Shown piece after piece: positions 48,441 to 61,318 of a stretch of DNA of 64,000 nucleotides (positions are counted from its first letter, which is position 1; each line of letters begins with the position of its first letter). Source of the DNA: Lama guanicoe. Lineage: Eukaryota. Position numbers and translations under genes: made by a program. The stretch covers positions 2,200,123-2,264,122 of the forward strand of contig MU053557.1 in the NCBI GenBank assembly GCA_013239625.1. The letters are read 5' to 3'. The notes beneath the pieces are model-generated. The model made no database searches, was not told the DNA's origin, and saw only the letters and a list, made by a program, of their open reading frames with translations.

Positions 48441-49403
48441 TGGGCCATCATTTATATAAACACTAGTCTCTGTTTAAGGGAATTTATGTTATTTCTATTA
48501 TTTTATATAAAAACAGTGCTATGGTGAGCCTCCTTTTGGATAAACCTTTTTTTTAATGATGTCATCGCTGAATTAAAGAGAGTTTAAAAACTTTGTGAAC
48601 TGCCAAATTGTTCTCCAGAAGGCTTGTGCCAATTGATACTCCCAAATGCAATGTATGAAACCTCATCAACACTGTAACATGGATCCTTTAAAATTTTTTA
48701 GTCCTGTTTTATGAATGACAAATTGTACTTGTTTTTATTTCCTTTTTTTTTTTATTCCTAGGTAGACTCTAGTTTATATAGACCATTTGCAGTACTTTTG
48801 GGTTTACCTGTCTATTGTCTTTGCCCATTTTTTTATGAAAGTGTTTATAATAATGCTTTTCCAAGCCTTTACTTCTCATATATATTAAAATTACTTTTTC
48901 TTTTTGCCCTTTATTTTGTTTATGGTATGTTTGGACTGACAGTGGTATTAAAATTTTATTTGGTCATATCTGCTGTTTGTCTTTATGGAGCCTACGTTTA
49001 TAGGTATGTGTAAAAGGCTTTCCAAACCCTCAAATTATACAGATACTCACTTTTTTCCCTGGGTTTTTATGGGGTTTTTTTGGTTCATTTACTATTGTAA
49101 AAAATTTTCTTTCTCTGGAGTTTGAATGTAAAATACCAGGGAGGGAACTAACAACCTTCCCCTAAGTGGTCATGTAATATTATTAGGATTATTTATTAAA
49201 TAATCCACTATTCTTTCATATATAATTTTGAAATGCACATGTCATCTTTTAAGGGCTGGAGAACTTTATTTACATAGGACTCACAATGGATTTCAGCAGG
49301 CTGTTTTCTACTTCTGATTTTTTAATCAGTAATTTATTTGCATTTGACTATAATTACTACTTTCTGTGGTTTTTGATGTTGTTGCTTTTGTTTTTTCTTA
49401 CAG

Positions 49404-49700
49404 GTTGCTTTTAAGGGAGATCCAGAAGCAGCCCTCATCCAATATCTTACCAATGAGGAGGCCAGAAAAGCCATTTCCAGCACTGAAGCAGTTCTGAACA
49501 ACCGGTTCATTCGAGTCCTGTGGCATAGGGAAAATAATGAGCAACCAGCACTACAGTCCCCAACACAGCTACTCCTGCAGCAACAGCAAACCCTTGGTCA
49601 CCTGTCACAGCAGCACCATCACCTGCCACAGCACCTTCATCAGCAGCAGGTGCTGGTGGCCCAGTCTCCTCCCTCAACGGTACATGGGGGTATGCAGAAG
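49404..49700 (+). CDS. RBM27: RBM27 exon 13 (297 nt), RRM1 C-terminal half plus Q/H-rich tract
   Basis: cttacag|GTT; VAFKGDPEAALIQYLTNEEARKAISSTEAVLNNRFIRVLWHRE...; AAG|gtaagc. Confidence 0.96.
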
Positions 49701-49751
49701 GTAAGCTGTTGGTTCACGGAATTACAGGTCCTCTGGTCCCATCCTCCAGAT

Positions 49752-50125
49752 CAGTGCTTCTCATTTTGCAGTCCTTGGGTCTTCTGTGTCAGAGCCACTC
49801 AGTCTGATTTGCAGACCAGCATCATCTAGTCTCCTAGGAGCTGGCTAGATAGGCAGTTTCTTGGACTTCACCCCAACTTGCTGAATCGCAGTTGCTATGG
49901 GTGGGGCCCAGTAATCTATTTTAACAGGCTCTCTGGGTGATTCTCATGTACCCTGAAGTATGAGGAGTGTGTGCTACATCAGCATCCCTTGCCTGGGTGC
50001 GAATTCCTGGGCCTTGTCTTCTCAAATGTGGAGTCAGTCTGTAGATATGGCGCCCATAAATCTGCATGTTTGAGAATACCTATAGTGATTTTTCTCAGCA
50101 ATAAAGTGTAACCATCCACCACTGA
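49752..50125. mobile_element. Two adjacent MER5-like (hAT-Charlie) fragments
   Basis: cagtgcttctca...ctgaatc...gggtggggcccagtaatctattttaacagg...gtgattct, followed by a second degenerate copy. Confidence 0.65.
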
Positions 50126-50469
50126 ACAACTCAGTCTAGAGCAACTTCTTTGTTTTGTGTTGGAATCAGTCACTTTCATGCCCACCCTTTTGTCTTACTT
50201 TTCCCTGTATAGAAAAGTTCTGTTCTTTTTAAACTGAAGTGGAAGCTCCAGGAGAGTGGCATTTTATCTGTTGTATTCATTCTATCCCTAGTGCCTAAAA
50301 CAAGGCCTGGCGTGTACTGCTCAAAACATATTTGAATGAATAGATGAATGAAAGAAAGAACAAACCACTATGCATTAGAACCATTCAGATACTGTTGATA
50401 TTGATCATCTCCTCCTAGACATTCTCTTGTTTGGATTAATGTATTCAGATTTGCAGGAAAAAAAAGTAT

Positions 50470-50745
50470 ATTACTTAACAGTACATAGTGTTAACTCCAT
50501 TCATCATCCTGTCTGTTCGTACTTAAGCCTGCATTTCTTTGGTCTCTATCCCACTTCATGTTAGGGCCGAAAAGTGAATGCTTGTCCTAGGTGTTGGCTG
50601 AATGGTGTACAAAAGAGAGATAACAATCACCTCTGTAATCCATTAGACGCTGTTCTGTTAATGCAGCCCAAAACTATATTATGTTCTTAGGGTGGCCATA
50701 TCACACTGTTAGTGATATTAAGCTACTATCAGTTAAAACCTTTAA
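50470..50745 (-). mobile_element. L3/CR1 fragment
   Basis: ctgttaatgcagcccaaaact...gccatatcacactgttag resembles antisense L3. Confidence 0.5.
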
Positions 50746-51042
50746 GTCCTTCAAAGCATTACATGTTGAAGGAAACGAAAAGTTTATGGGAAATTTTAAT
50801 CTGTATGAGTCATTTGTATATCTACCTCTTTATATCTTTATATCTCTTTATACCTGTTTATATCTTAACAGTGATTTGTATATCTACCTCTTTAAAAAGA
50901 AATACAGCCTTACAGTTAATTGAAGCACTCTCCCTTCATATTTCCTTTTCTTCCTCCCAGGGTAATCACTGTCCTAAATTTCAGGTATGATTCCTGGGCA
51001 TTTAAAAAACTTACCACAAATATGTGTATTTTGTATATGCAG

Positions 51043-51183
51043 ATGATGAGCAAACCACAGACATCGGGTACATATGTTCTTAACAAAGTTCCTGTGAAAC
51101 ATCGTCTTGGACATGCAAGTGGTAACCAGAGTGATGCAGCACACTTGTTGAATCAGTCAGGTGGTACTGGAGAGGATTGCCAG
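51043..51183 (+). CDS. RBM27: RBM27 exon 14 (141 nt)
   Basis: atgcag|ATG; MMSKPQTSGTYVLNKVPVKHRLGHASGNQSDAAHLLNQSGGTGEDCQ; CAG|gtatat. Confidence 0.93.
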
Positions 51184-51589
51184 GTATATATTTTAGTGAA
51201 CCTCAAATATATTTAGAGTTATTCAGTGATACAGAGAAGTTAGCAAATTGATTACCATTCAGATTTGTAATGTCTTATTTTCTCAATCAAGATAATTGTG
51301 ACAACTAACAAGTATGGCAGGTAAACTTCCCTAATTTCCATGATTCAGCCAGAAGCGTGCTAAATTTTTTTTCCTATTCAAAGTTAAATAGGAATTTGAG
51401 AATTTTACCATTTATTAATAGATAGATGTTTTCATTAGTCCTTTTCTTTTATAACTTTTCCTCTTTAATATAATTAAAAACATAAGGAAGAGGATTCAGT
51501 CATAATGAAAAGTCAAATTTTGAAGTGTGTTTTTAAAGTAGTGTCTTTTGCTTTTAGGAATATATTTTTATGATGACTCTCCAGCATGG

Positions 51590-53670
51590 TGATTTTTTTC
51601 CCAAGGGAGCTAGGAAAACTGAAAAAGAACAACAAGTCAGGCTAGCCCTACTAGATGTTAAAAAATTCTGTGAAGTCTATAAAACAATTTGATCTTGGCA
51701 CATGAAGAGACAGACCAGTGGACAGAAGTTTGAGATTTATAGACTCACTTGCAAATAGGAATTTATTACATGCCAACATGGTGTCTCAGATCAGTGGGAA
51801 CATATGGACTTCTTGGTAAATGGTATGGGGATAACTGGGTACCCTGATAGAAAAAAAATTAGATTCATTTTTTAAATTATGTAAATTATCCTGGTAATTT
51901 CCCAAGGATCTGAGATCTATATGCTCATGGAAATGCTAAAAGCTACAACTCCCACTGGCAGTATCTAGCAAAATTATGTATACATTTATCTATAAACCAG
52001 TAATGCCTCAACTATGCCTTATCTATGCCAAAGATACACTAGTCAAACTATGAAAAGACACGTGCAAGGCTAGGAAATGCAGACTCTTTACAATAGCAGA
52101 AGAATGGAAACAACCCAAATGTTCATCAATAGGGGGCTGGTTACTTAAAATGTAGTACATCCACATAACAGCATATGTACAACTTTACAAAGGAATGCGG
52201 AATTTCTTTATTATATATTATGGGGTGATCATGAGGATACATTAAGTAAAAAAAGCAAAATGGAACCAAAAAATGTATAGTCAGCCAGTGTTGCTATAAA
52301 AAAAAAGTGGCAATGAGCACATAGAAGTATTTGGTTATAATAGAAAAAGACAAATAATTTGTACAATTCAAATGTTGTGGTTATAGCAAAGATAGAAGAA
52401 ACTAGACAACTTTAACTGTTTTGTTTTGTAGATTTGTTTTTGAAACCATGCAAATGCTGTGTGTAATAATAAAAGGAATCTCTAAAAATTAAAATGAACA
52501 AATGAACTATCATATCTACATAGGGAGTGCTTCAAAATGGTTATTTGACAATGTATATCTAATGAGATATACCTTGAGGACAAGAAGCAATTTAAAAAAG
52601 GTCTTTTCAGCAATCATTTTGTTGGCTGTGTTGGTATTCTGAAAGTGACTTGTGAGCATTGTGAGATAAATCAAATGAAGAATTATATTGGTGTCACTGA
52701 CAAGTAAGATTTTCAATGTGGTTGAAAAGAGATGTAAAATAGATGAGATTAAGTTAAAACACTACTGTCTTGCATTTGACTTGAAATTATCAATATAAAT
52801 TCAGATTGTATTTTATCTTAAAAAACAAGTAAACAACAAAAAAAAACTCCAAAACATTTCCTAATTTTGTTCACCAACAAAGTCTAGAAAAATGACCAGC
52901 CCAATGGTAATGAGCCCTGATCGTCCCCTTCCCTTAGTACCCAAAGGGACCAGGGATCCTTGAAGATAGGTCCCCAGATCACGGGCTGTCAGCGTTCCAG
53001 ATGAGCCTAGAATATTTTGTCAAACTGGAAAGCGAGGAATTTGTCAGACATTACTAGCATCCTGTCAAAGAATGAAGAAAATGCCATAAAGGCTCTAGCA
53101 CTACTTACAATTTTAGGGACATTCAAAGAACAGAGGAACATGTTCAAGGACACCATAGAATCCTGTGGTAACTACTGTAGGATAAGTGACCTGGTTTATT
53201 CAACAACTGATTTACTAGGAAAAGAAAGACAGGGAGAGGAAAACGGAATTAAAGGAGACCTTAAAGAGATACAACTGATTTCACTATATGGACCTTAATA
53301 GATCCAAATTCAAATAGGAAAAAATCTTTAGAAAATTATAATAGAATCTGGAGATGTGAATATTTCATGATATTAAAGATTTGTTAACCTTTTCAGTGTG
53401 ATAATGGTATTGTGGTTTAGAAAAGTAAATGAATCCTTATGTTTCAGAGAGACAACTGAAGTATTTACAGGTAAAATGATATGTGGTGTTTGGTATGATG
53501 ATGTAGTTGGGAATTTAAGTAAAACAGGATTATTTTACATAAAATAATGTTAATTAATAATTTTACATAAAATAATGTAGATTAATGATTGTTACTGCTT
53601 GGTGACGGATACATCAAGCTTTTTATATATAATTTTATACTTTTGTTTCAAAAAATTCCGTTACTAAAAG
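51590..53670 (+). mobile_element. Old L1 (L1MC-like) ORF2 end plus 3' UTR, decayed
   Basis: aaatggtatggggataactgg...ggaaacaacccaaatgttcatcaataggg...gtgtgataatggtattgtggtt. Confidence 0.7.
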
Positions 53671-54409
53671 ATAGGAAAACAAAAACAATTGTAGGCCTTG
53701 AAGTCAGACAGCCCTGACTGCCTTAACCTGCCTCTTACTAAATGTGTTGGATAACTGGCAAACATTGGTTTCTTTTTCGATAAATTGAGTTGCTCTGGGG
53801 ATTAAAGAATTTCATGTTGGTAAAGCATAAAAGAAGTACTTAAAATTGTAGGTATTGCCATTTTAATTTTGATATGTAATAAGAACATGAATGTCATCTG
53901 TGGAGGTCCCTGCAGTACTTGAGAGACTTCCCTGTGTATTTAAAGTAGCTTCATTTTTAAAATAATTAAGTATTGTGTGATTGAGAGTTTTATAATTGTA
54001 TTACTTGCATGATTGACTTTTCCATGAATTTCTTAATATTAGATCCAGTGTCCCTCACATCGTGTATTCAAAGTTAATTTAAAAATAAAGTGGAGTATGT
54101 TAGGGAAGACTTAAACCAGAGAGATTGTAGTATACCATGTTGCTCTGCTATACCTTGAAGAGAGGAAGATTAACTGGAGTCATGTTCAGAAAGGAAAGGA
54201 ATCTAAATACCAAAATGAGCACAGTAAAGGTGGCCATTATTTTGCTTCCGAAGTCAGATTTGTGAGCTAACTACTTGCCTATGTTTGGTTGTAAACTCAT
54301 ACAGTATTTGATAAAATATAATAATGATAAGATTATGATTGCACAGTGCCTTAATTCTTAGAAGGGTTTGTAATTATTGGAAACATGGGTTTTTATTTGG
54401 TACTTCACT

Positions 54410-54941
54410 TGTGGAAAAACTTAATGATAGTACCCCCCAGCCAAAGTGCCCCAGAAACACACTTGTCATCGAACAAATAGAGTTTATTAATTCAGTGAGG
54501 GAGTATACACAGTGAAACCATGGAACGTCTTATTTAGAGGGTGTTAGCAAAGATTTATTTTAGAATTGGCTGTGTTAGGTGTTTTGGGGGAGGGTTAAAG
54601 GAAACAGGAATAATTCTGTGATCAGGTGTCTTAATAAGTCTTACCTAGAAGGAGGGAAGACTAGAATTAGGCTAAAGCTGTAATTGGTAAAGAAGCAGTA
54701 GTCATTCGTATTAGCCAGGGTAGAGAGATGTTTAGTCATTTTTATGATTTGAAGAGTATTCATATTTTTTGTGTGTGTTCAGTCATCTTGTTCTTGCTTT
54801 GATCCACCGTGGGCACAAGAGTGGCCTTGTTTGAGGTTGATAGTCTGTGAAATTGTTTATGTTTAACAGAAGACACTAAGGCCTAGCTGTGAGCGGCATT
54901 CCAGCTCTGAGATGTCAGGGGTGGTTGTCCTTTTTCTCACA
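54410..54941 (-). mobile_element. ERVL-class solo LTR (LTR53-like)
   Basis: TG...CA bounded ~530 bp. The minus strand starts TGTGAGAAAAAGG...CCCCTGACATC...CACAGCTAGGCC and has AATAAA near its 3' end. Confidence 0.65.
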
Positions 54942-55173
54942 ATTAAAAAAAAGAGAAGAAAAAGTATGTGATTGTTGCACACACAGTGTTGCTAAAAATT
55001 AAGTTTTGTTTTTGTATTTGAATGACAATTGAGTTTATAAATAACTAGTTTTATAAAATGAAGTTTTTAAATGTAAAAAAATTTTTAACTTCTAAAAAAA
55101 GAAATATATGCAGTCTTTTTTTAAATGTAATTTTAAGGCATTTCTGAGATTTAATCATACTTGTGTTTCATAG

Positions 55174-55293
55174 ATATTTTCAACTCCAGGCCATCCAAAA
55201 ATGGTTTACAGCTCCTCAAGCTTAAAGACACCTTCCAAACTTTGTTCAGGGTCAAAATCTCATGATGTCCAAGAAGTTCTTAAAAAGAAGCAG
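55174..55293 (+). CDS. RBM27: RBM27 exon 15 (120 nt)
   Basis: ttcatag|ATA; IFSTPGHPKMVYSSSSLKTPSKLCSGSKSHDVQEVLKKKQ; CAG|gtaaca. Confidence 0.94.
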
Positions 55294-56219
55294 GTAACAG
55301 CCTTGATTATTCTTTCCTTAAGGAAGAAGGGACCTATTGAATTCTTAAGTGATTAACACCTTTGAACAGTTCATGTTGTTATGGAATTAAATTATAACAT
55401 TTATTTGGCTACTGCTTGATGCATTTACACTTGAAAGAAAGATGAACAAACAAAAAATACCTTTCAGTGGCTATGTCAAGCACAAGGAAAGAATTTTTTC
55501 TATATCAAAGTAAACACTGAGCTGTCCTTTTTTTTTTTTTTTTCCCTCTAAAGGCAAGAAACAGACACTTTTATTTCATTGTTTTCTCTTTTAATTCCTT
55601 TCTGGCTTTGTAAATTAGATAATGCTTTACGTGAAGTATAACGGTTATCTAGTTATTATTCATAGGATTCGATTCTGAGTTTCCTTATCATCTTAGATTT
55701 AAATTCACAGAGTTTTTCAAAAAGATTTATTTATATTTATTATCTCAGTATAATTGGAGATTTAATTAAAAGAGGGTCTAGAGGCAGCATTTTCCAGGCA
55801 AAAATCCATAGATTTTGCTATCATTTCTAAGTTTCAGCTGCATCTCACATTTTTAGCCTTTAAACTGCAAAAATAAGGATTTGGCTTATTACATTTGGAA
55901 ATGAAAACAGCTCTTGTTTTTCTGTATAAATACATTCCAGTCATTCAAGTGAATAAACCTCAGAATATAGCTAATTAATGTTCAGTATTTTAAATATTTT
56001 TTTGAAGTACAGTTATATTAGAAGTTCTTTTATACTGGAAGTTTTGGGGAAAATGTGTTCAAAGGTTTCATCTCTGGCTTCAGCTGTTTTCTGATTAGGA
56101 GGAAAATCTGCCTCATGTAGGCTATGACTCAGAAGAAATGATTTGAGAATATAGTAGCCTTATGTATCATTGGCAAATTTAGTTATTCATTACTAGTTTT
56201 TTCTTTACTGTTCTTACAG

Positions 56220-56294
56220 GAAGCAATGAAGCTACAACAAGATATGAGGAAAAAGAGGCAAGAAATGTTAGAGAAACAAATAGAATGCCAAAAG
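56220..56294 (+). CDS. RBM27: RBM27 exon 16 (75 nt), coiled coil
   Basis: cttacag|GAA; EAMKLQQDMRKKRQEMLEKQIECQK; AAG|gtaaga. Confidence 0.95.
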
Positions 56295-56430
56295 GTAAGA
56301 AACACTCATTATTTGCTTTCTGGAATTGATATATGGAATGGATTTTACAAAGATACCCCCAGTAAAGTTTTAAAGGTTATTTATATTAAAGTTTACTCAA
56401 CATAATTTTATTTTTTTGTTTATTTTATAG

Positions 56431-56595
56431 ATGTTAATATCTAAGCTGGAAAAAAACAAAAACATGAAACCAGAAGAGAGAGCAAATATAATGAAGACTT
56501 TGAAAGAGCTTGGAGAAAAGATTTCACAATTGAAAGATGAATTAAAAACATCTTCTGCAGTCTCTGCACCATCTAAAGTAAAGACAAAAACAGAG
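56431..56595 (+). CDS. RBM27: RBM27 exon 17 (165 nt), coiled coil
   Basis: tttatag|ATG; MLISKLEKNKNMKPEERANIMKTLKELGEKISQLKDELKTSSAVSAPSKVKTKTE; GAG|gtatct. Confidence 0.95.
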
Positions 56596-56821
56596 GTATC
56601 TGTTTGCATTTTTCATTCAACATAGGGTTATTGAACATCTGTTACATACTTGGCACTTTGAAAGTGCAGTGGGGAAAAAAAAAAGAACAGCACAGTGGTA
56701 CCCTTAGGTAACTAATAGTCTAATGTGAGACAATTGTTAAGTAATAATTTTTTAAAATATTTCTGTAGATGCTATGTACTCCCCTTGAAAGAAGGGATAA
56801 TACCCTTTTTGAACAAAGATT

Positions 56822-57011
56822 GTTTTTTAATTGTATAGTCAGTTTGCAATGTTGCATCAATTTCTAGTGTACAGCATGATGCTTCAGTCATACATACACA
56901 TACATGTATTTGTTTCCATATTCTTTTTCACTACAGGTTACTACAAGATATTGAACATAGTTCCCTGTGCTATACAGAGGAAACTTGTTTGTTTTATATA
57001 TAGTAATTAGT
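56822..57011 (-). mobile_element. 5'-truncated L1 3' end, antisense, in intron 17
   Basis: tatagtcagtttgcaatgttg...aatttctagtgtacagc...atattgaacatagttccctgtgctatacag, flanked by direct repeats. Confidence 0.8.
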
Positions 57012-58046
57012 ACAAAGATGTGTTTTTTAATTGAATTTTTTTGTTCTCTATGCTGAAGAAACTGCTGGCGTGTGATGGAGAGGAAAGAGACATTTCCTAT
57101 TCTGGCAGTTTTTTTCTAAATCTATAGTAATGTTGTAATAAAATCACTCCTTTTAATATTCAAAAGATATCATTGGTTGTAGTATGGGTAAAAATATGGC
57201 ATTCTATTAAGAAGATTATCAGAAGTTCTAGATCCATTTAAGTCTAATTTTGTTAATTTCTACTTGTTTCCTTACTCTAGAAGAATACTTGCTTTTACAC
57301 AGTGGTTCTATCATTTTTCTACAACTCTGTAGTGGGATTTTAGATAAATTCATAGCCCTTTAAGAACTGGGAATAAATTTGTCAGCTATATAGAATGCAA
57401 ATTTTTATGTATAGTATTATATTACATTTAAAATTGTGGTTCTCTGTTAGTAAAAGAATCTAAAGTGTTTCATTAAAATCGCTTTTTAAAAAATATAATA
57501 AAAATTTTTTAATTGAAATTTTTCCCAATTATACAAAGAACATTTAATTGTAGACAAAAATTAAGAAAATATGAGGGAAAGAAAAACCTCTCACAACCTA
57601 AGGGCTGATAATTTCTTTCTTAACCAAAAAAAAAAGAGTGGTTAATAAATAGTTGGGTTCAAATCTGAAAGCATTTATGTAACTTATGTTTGTACTATTA
57701 ATGAATTTTTACTATATAATTATTTTGCCCCATTATGCTTCATTTATGATGCTATATTTAAAATGATTCTCAGCTCCCTCATCTTAGATGAGTGTTTCCA
57801 AGGTCTGTTTTTTGGGCCATCTTAAGCAGTAATACTTACTGTTACGATACCAATATACTCTCTAAACATTTGCAGTACTGTATCTGTAAAGTTACTTTCC
57901 TTAAGACACCCATGTTTATTGCATACTCTCAGATTTTCCCAAAAGAGATATGTGTCATTCTGTAAGTGTAATATTCTGAACAAAATTTTGTAACTCGCCT
58001 AAAAAATACTCTTAATTCTTAATTTTTACTCTTAATTTTTCCAAAG

Positions 58047-58151
58047 GCTCAAAAAGAGCTATTAGATACAGAACTGGACCTTCACAAGAGGCTATCTTCA
58101 GGAGAGGACACAACAGAGTTACGGAAAAAACTCAATCAGTTACAGGTTGAG
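58047..58151 (+). CDS. RBM27: RBM27 exon 18 (105 nt)
   Basis: ttccaaag|GCT; AQKELLDTELDLHKRLSSGEDTTELRKKLNQLQVE; GAG|gtgaga. Confidence 0.95.
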
Positions 58152-58272
58152 GTGAGATTTAAGAGGAGTTACCCACTACATTTAACATCTGAAAAAATGG
58201 TTTTCTTTTCGTCTATTTTACAAGGTTTAATCTGACAATGTATATTATATTGTGCCTTTTGTTGTTACTCAG

Positions 58273-58464
58273 GCTGCACGATTAGGTATTTTACCTGTGG
58301 GTCGAGGAAAGACCATGTCCTCTCAAGGTCGAGGAAGAGGCCGAGGCCGTGGAGGGAGAGGAAGGGGTTCACTAAATCATATGGTTGTGGACCACCGCCC
58401 AAAAGCACTAACAGTTGGGGGATTCATTGAGGAGGAAAAAGATGAATTACTTCAGCATTTTTCA
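58273..58464 (+). CDS. RBM27: RBM27 exon 19 (192 nt), RG/RGG box plus start of an RRM-like segment
   Basis: tactcag|GCT; AARLGILPVGRGKTMSSQGRGRGRGRGGRGRGSLNHMVVDHRPKALTVGGFIEEEKDELLQHFS; TCA|gtaagt. Confidence 0.96.
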
Positions 58465-60803
58465 GTAAGTTTTTAAAGTGGCAAACTCTAAAAACACTGT
58501 ATTCGGCATTTCTTTGCTGCATTCTGTGTAAATGTCAAATATTTTGTAGGTTAGAAAATTAAGTTGTAAAATCATAGGTATTAGCAAATCCTTATTGATA
58601 TATTTGACTGTCAGGCAGCAGCTCATGCTGTATTTTATACTACTTTACATAAATGCATTTGAAATGACAAGTTATTCCAAAATTGTATTTGGTTTTTGTT
58701 TTAGGGTCAGGTATTTATAGTCAAAAAGTGAAAATACCTGGGATGGAGGCAAAATCCAAAGGAATAAGTTTGACAGGATAAGAGTAATTTTTAGTTATAT
58801 TCTATCTACAGTGGCAGCCACTTACTATTAGACAAACATGCAAGTAGATGTTTGCCACATGTATGTCTTTATTATTTTGTGCATAAAGAGTATATCCTCT
58901 TTCCAACCATTCATTAGTTCATTTAGTAAATATTTTCTGACTGTTATTTGTGCTAGAGCATTTTTATACATGATGTCATGTAATCTTAAATAACTGTTTA
59001 AAGTGCATGTAAAATCTCGTACTTACAGATGGGAAAACTAAAGCTTAAATCAACCAAGATCATACAGTTAATAAGTTGCAGAAGCAAGGTAAAAATACAC
59101 AGTTGGATGTTAATATCCAGGATCCCTGTTCCTTAAACTACTTTTTTTTTTAAGCAACTTTTTTAAGAGAAAACATTTTCAGCTTCATTAAGTGTTAAAG
59201 ATGGTGAGGGAAATCTTAAAGAGCAGTACTTCATTCCATAATTTCTTATTCGTTTGATGATGCCCATTAGTCTTGGTCACTGGTGAATGGTGGGTTGTTA
59301 CAAAATGTCCAGATTGGAGAGCCATCTGGGCTGCAGCCTGTTGTTCTTGAGCCATTTCTTTCACTACTCTGCTTCTTATTTTCTTTTTTGTGTGTGTGAA
59401 ATGGGAGATTGTCTTTAAAAGACTTCTTTGAGGAGTGAAGAAGATAGTATCTGGAAGAGCACTGCACATGTGCAGGGTGTTCTTGTGGAGGCTGGGTGAA
59501 TGTTGATTTTTGTCTTTCAGTGTTGAGTATGTAACATTCAAATCTCCTTGCCAGATAGTTGGGCTTTTACACCCACTGCCACCTATGATGAGGTGACATT
59601 GGATAATTTAAAGCAGAAATTCCATCAATTTGATTCTACGGAAAGTTTTAGTTATAACAAGTAGGTAATCTTGCCAGGAAACTGCATGCTCTATCCTGAA
59701 GGTTACTAGAGATTCTATGTAAATGTGTAAGTTTAGCTCAGAAGTCATGCTCACATGGCTATCTTGCCTTCTCACAAGTAGAATCATTCTAGAGCATCTA
59801 ATAATAACCAATTTTTATGTGCATACATTTATTCAATCTGAAACATGGCATTCAGTTTGCAGAAAGGGGTGTGTCCAGGCATTTGGGGAATGCAGGTGAA
59901 GCAACTTCAAGAATGAGACACTACCATTGGTTTTGATGGTGCTTTGTAGTTTGTTTGTTCTTTTGATGGGGTGCTATCAGACAGTCCTGAGTGCTAGAAA
60001 CACACTTACCCTGGTAGCAGATCCTTGGGCGGTATAGTATGCCACCTTTGAAAGAAATACAGAAATACATAGCTTGGACATTATTGTAAATAGATTTAGC
60101 AGACATGAAGGGTAACTCTTCTTCAAGATCTTGTCTATCTCTCAAAGGCCTAAGTAAAATGTGTATTTTCCATATTGTTTTACTGTGTTTGATGATTGCA
60201 AAAGGATCATGGATCAAACTGGATGAAAAGATGATGGATGGATTTTAGTGAAGCTCTTCTGAAATGGGAGGACCTAATTGTGGAGTCCTTCAGATTATTC
60301 TTCTATTCATCCAGTAATCCACTTCTAAGAATTTATCATAAGGGAATTATGCTAACGATTGCTTCCAGTGTGCTCAGTGTAGCACTCTTTATAATGGTGA
60401 AAATGGGAACTATCTTTTTAAATACTTAGCAGTACTTTGTTACTATTCAAAACATGTTTTTAAAGAATGACATGAGAAAATTCTCAGGATTATCTTTTAG
60501 GTTAAGAAAAGATGGAATACAGGACTACACATAAACACTGAAAGTGCTTTAAATTGTTAGCTCTGGGTGGGAGAATTCAAGTTAGTTTTTAATGTTTTTT
60601 TCCTTCTAAACTCTTCTGTTTTCCATGCTTTTCAGATGAATATGTTATTTATTAAATCCAACTTTTTAACTTCACATTCATTTATAGGGTGAAGCATCAG
60701 CATTTTTATACTGTATATTTTAAAACCAAATTTGAGGTTATGTGTTAATCTTGGGCTTTTAGGTCCTAGGTACTTACATTAAAAATATGAGTAAATTTTA
60801 AAA

Positions 60804-60962
60804 TAATTGACCTTTGAGCAGCATGGCTTTGGTCTATGCTGGTCCACTTATACACAGATTTTTGTTTTTCAATAATAAGGCCTGTTGTAAGTTATTACAC
60901 AGATTTTCAACTGTGTGGAGGGTCAGAACTCCTAATCCCTGTGTTGTTCAAAGGTTAACTAT
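60804..60962. mobile_element. Tigger-type MITE (MER8-like)
   Basis: Terminal inverted repeats ttgacctttgagcagca / tgttgttcaaaggttaa; internal ggtccacttatacacagatttt. Confidence 0.75.
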
Positions 60963-61061
60963 GTACACAAATTTAAAATAACAGAGAATATTTATATACA
61001 ATGCAAGTTACATATAACAGCATAAAACAGATAATATATAAATATTTTAATAGTATATGTG

Positions 61062-61318
61062 ACAAGTCAGAAGACTTTCTAGTAAAGGACCAGATAGTAG
61101 ATGTGTTAGGTTTTTGCAGACAACGTACAGTCTCTGTCACATTTTCTCCTTTTCCTTTTTCTCCAGTCCCTTCACCTGCCCCTTCCTCTCTCTTGCTTCT
61201 TCTTTTTCCTTTATTTTTCTTTTAATAATTGTTTAAGAACCATTCTTAGCTCACAGGCCATCGAAAACAAGATGCTGGGCCACATTTGGCCTGAAGGTTG
61301 TAGTTTTCAGATCCCTGA
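61062..61318. mobile_element. hAT-Charlie element (MER58-like)
   Basis: gtaaaggaccagatagta...aaccattcttagctcacaggcc...gggccacatttggcc...gtagtttt...ccctg. Confidence 0.7.

Noticed and set aside
53532..53578. Direct repeat attttacataaaataatgt twice (also aaggtgtacc twice at 40271-40290)
   Set aside because: Small slippage duplications inside old L1 sequence; no spacer structure or array.
58143..58151. Alternative donor CAG|GTTGAG 6 nt before the exon 18 donor
   Set aside because: Poor +3 to +6 match compared with GAG|GTGAGA; no support without reads.
59371..59550. Alternative relic of the missing RRM2 exon (EEDS and VTFKS peptides after a pyrimidine tract)
   Set aside because: There is no AG at the end of the tract, the motifs are separated by stops, and they are spread too widely for a ~90-nt exon.
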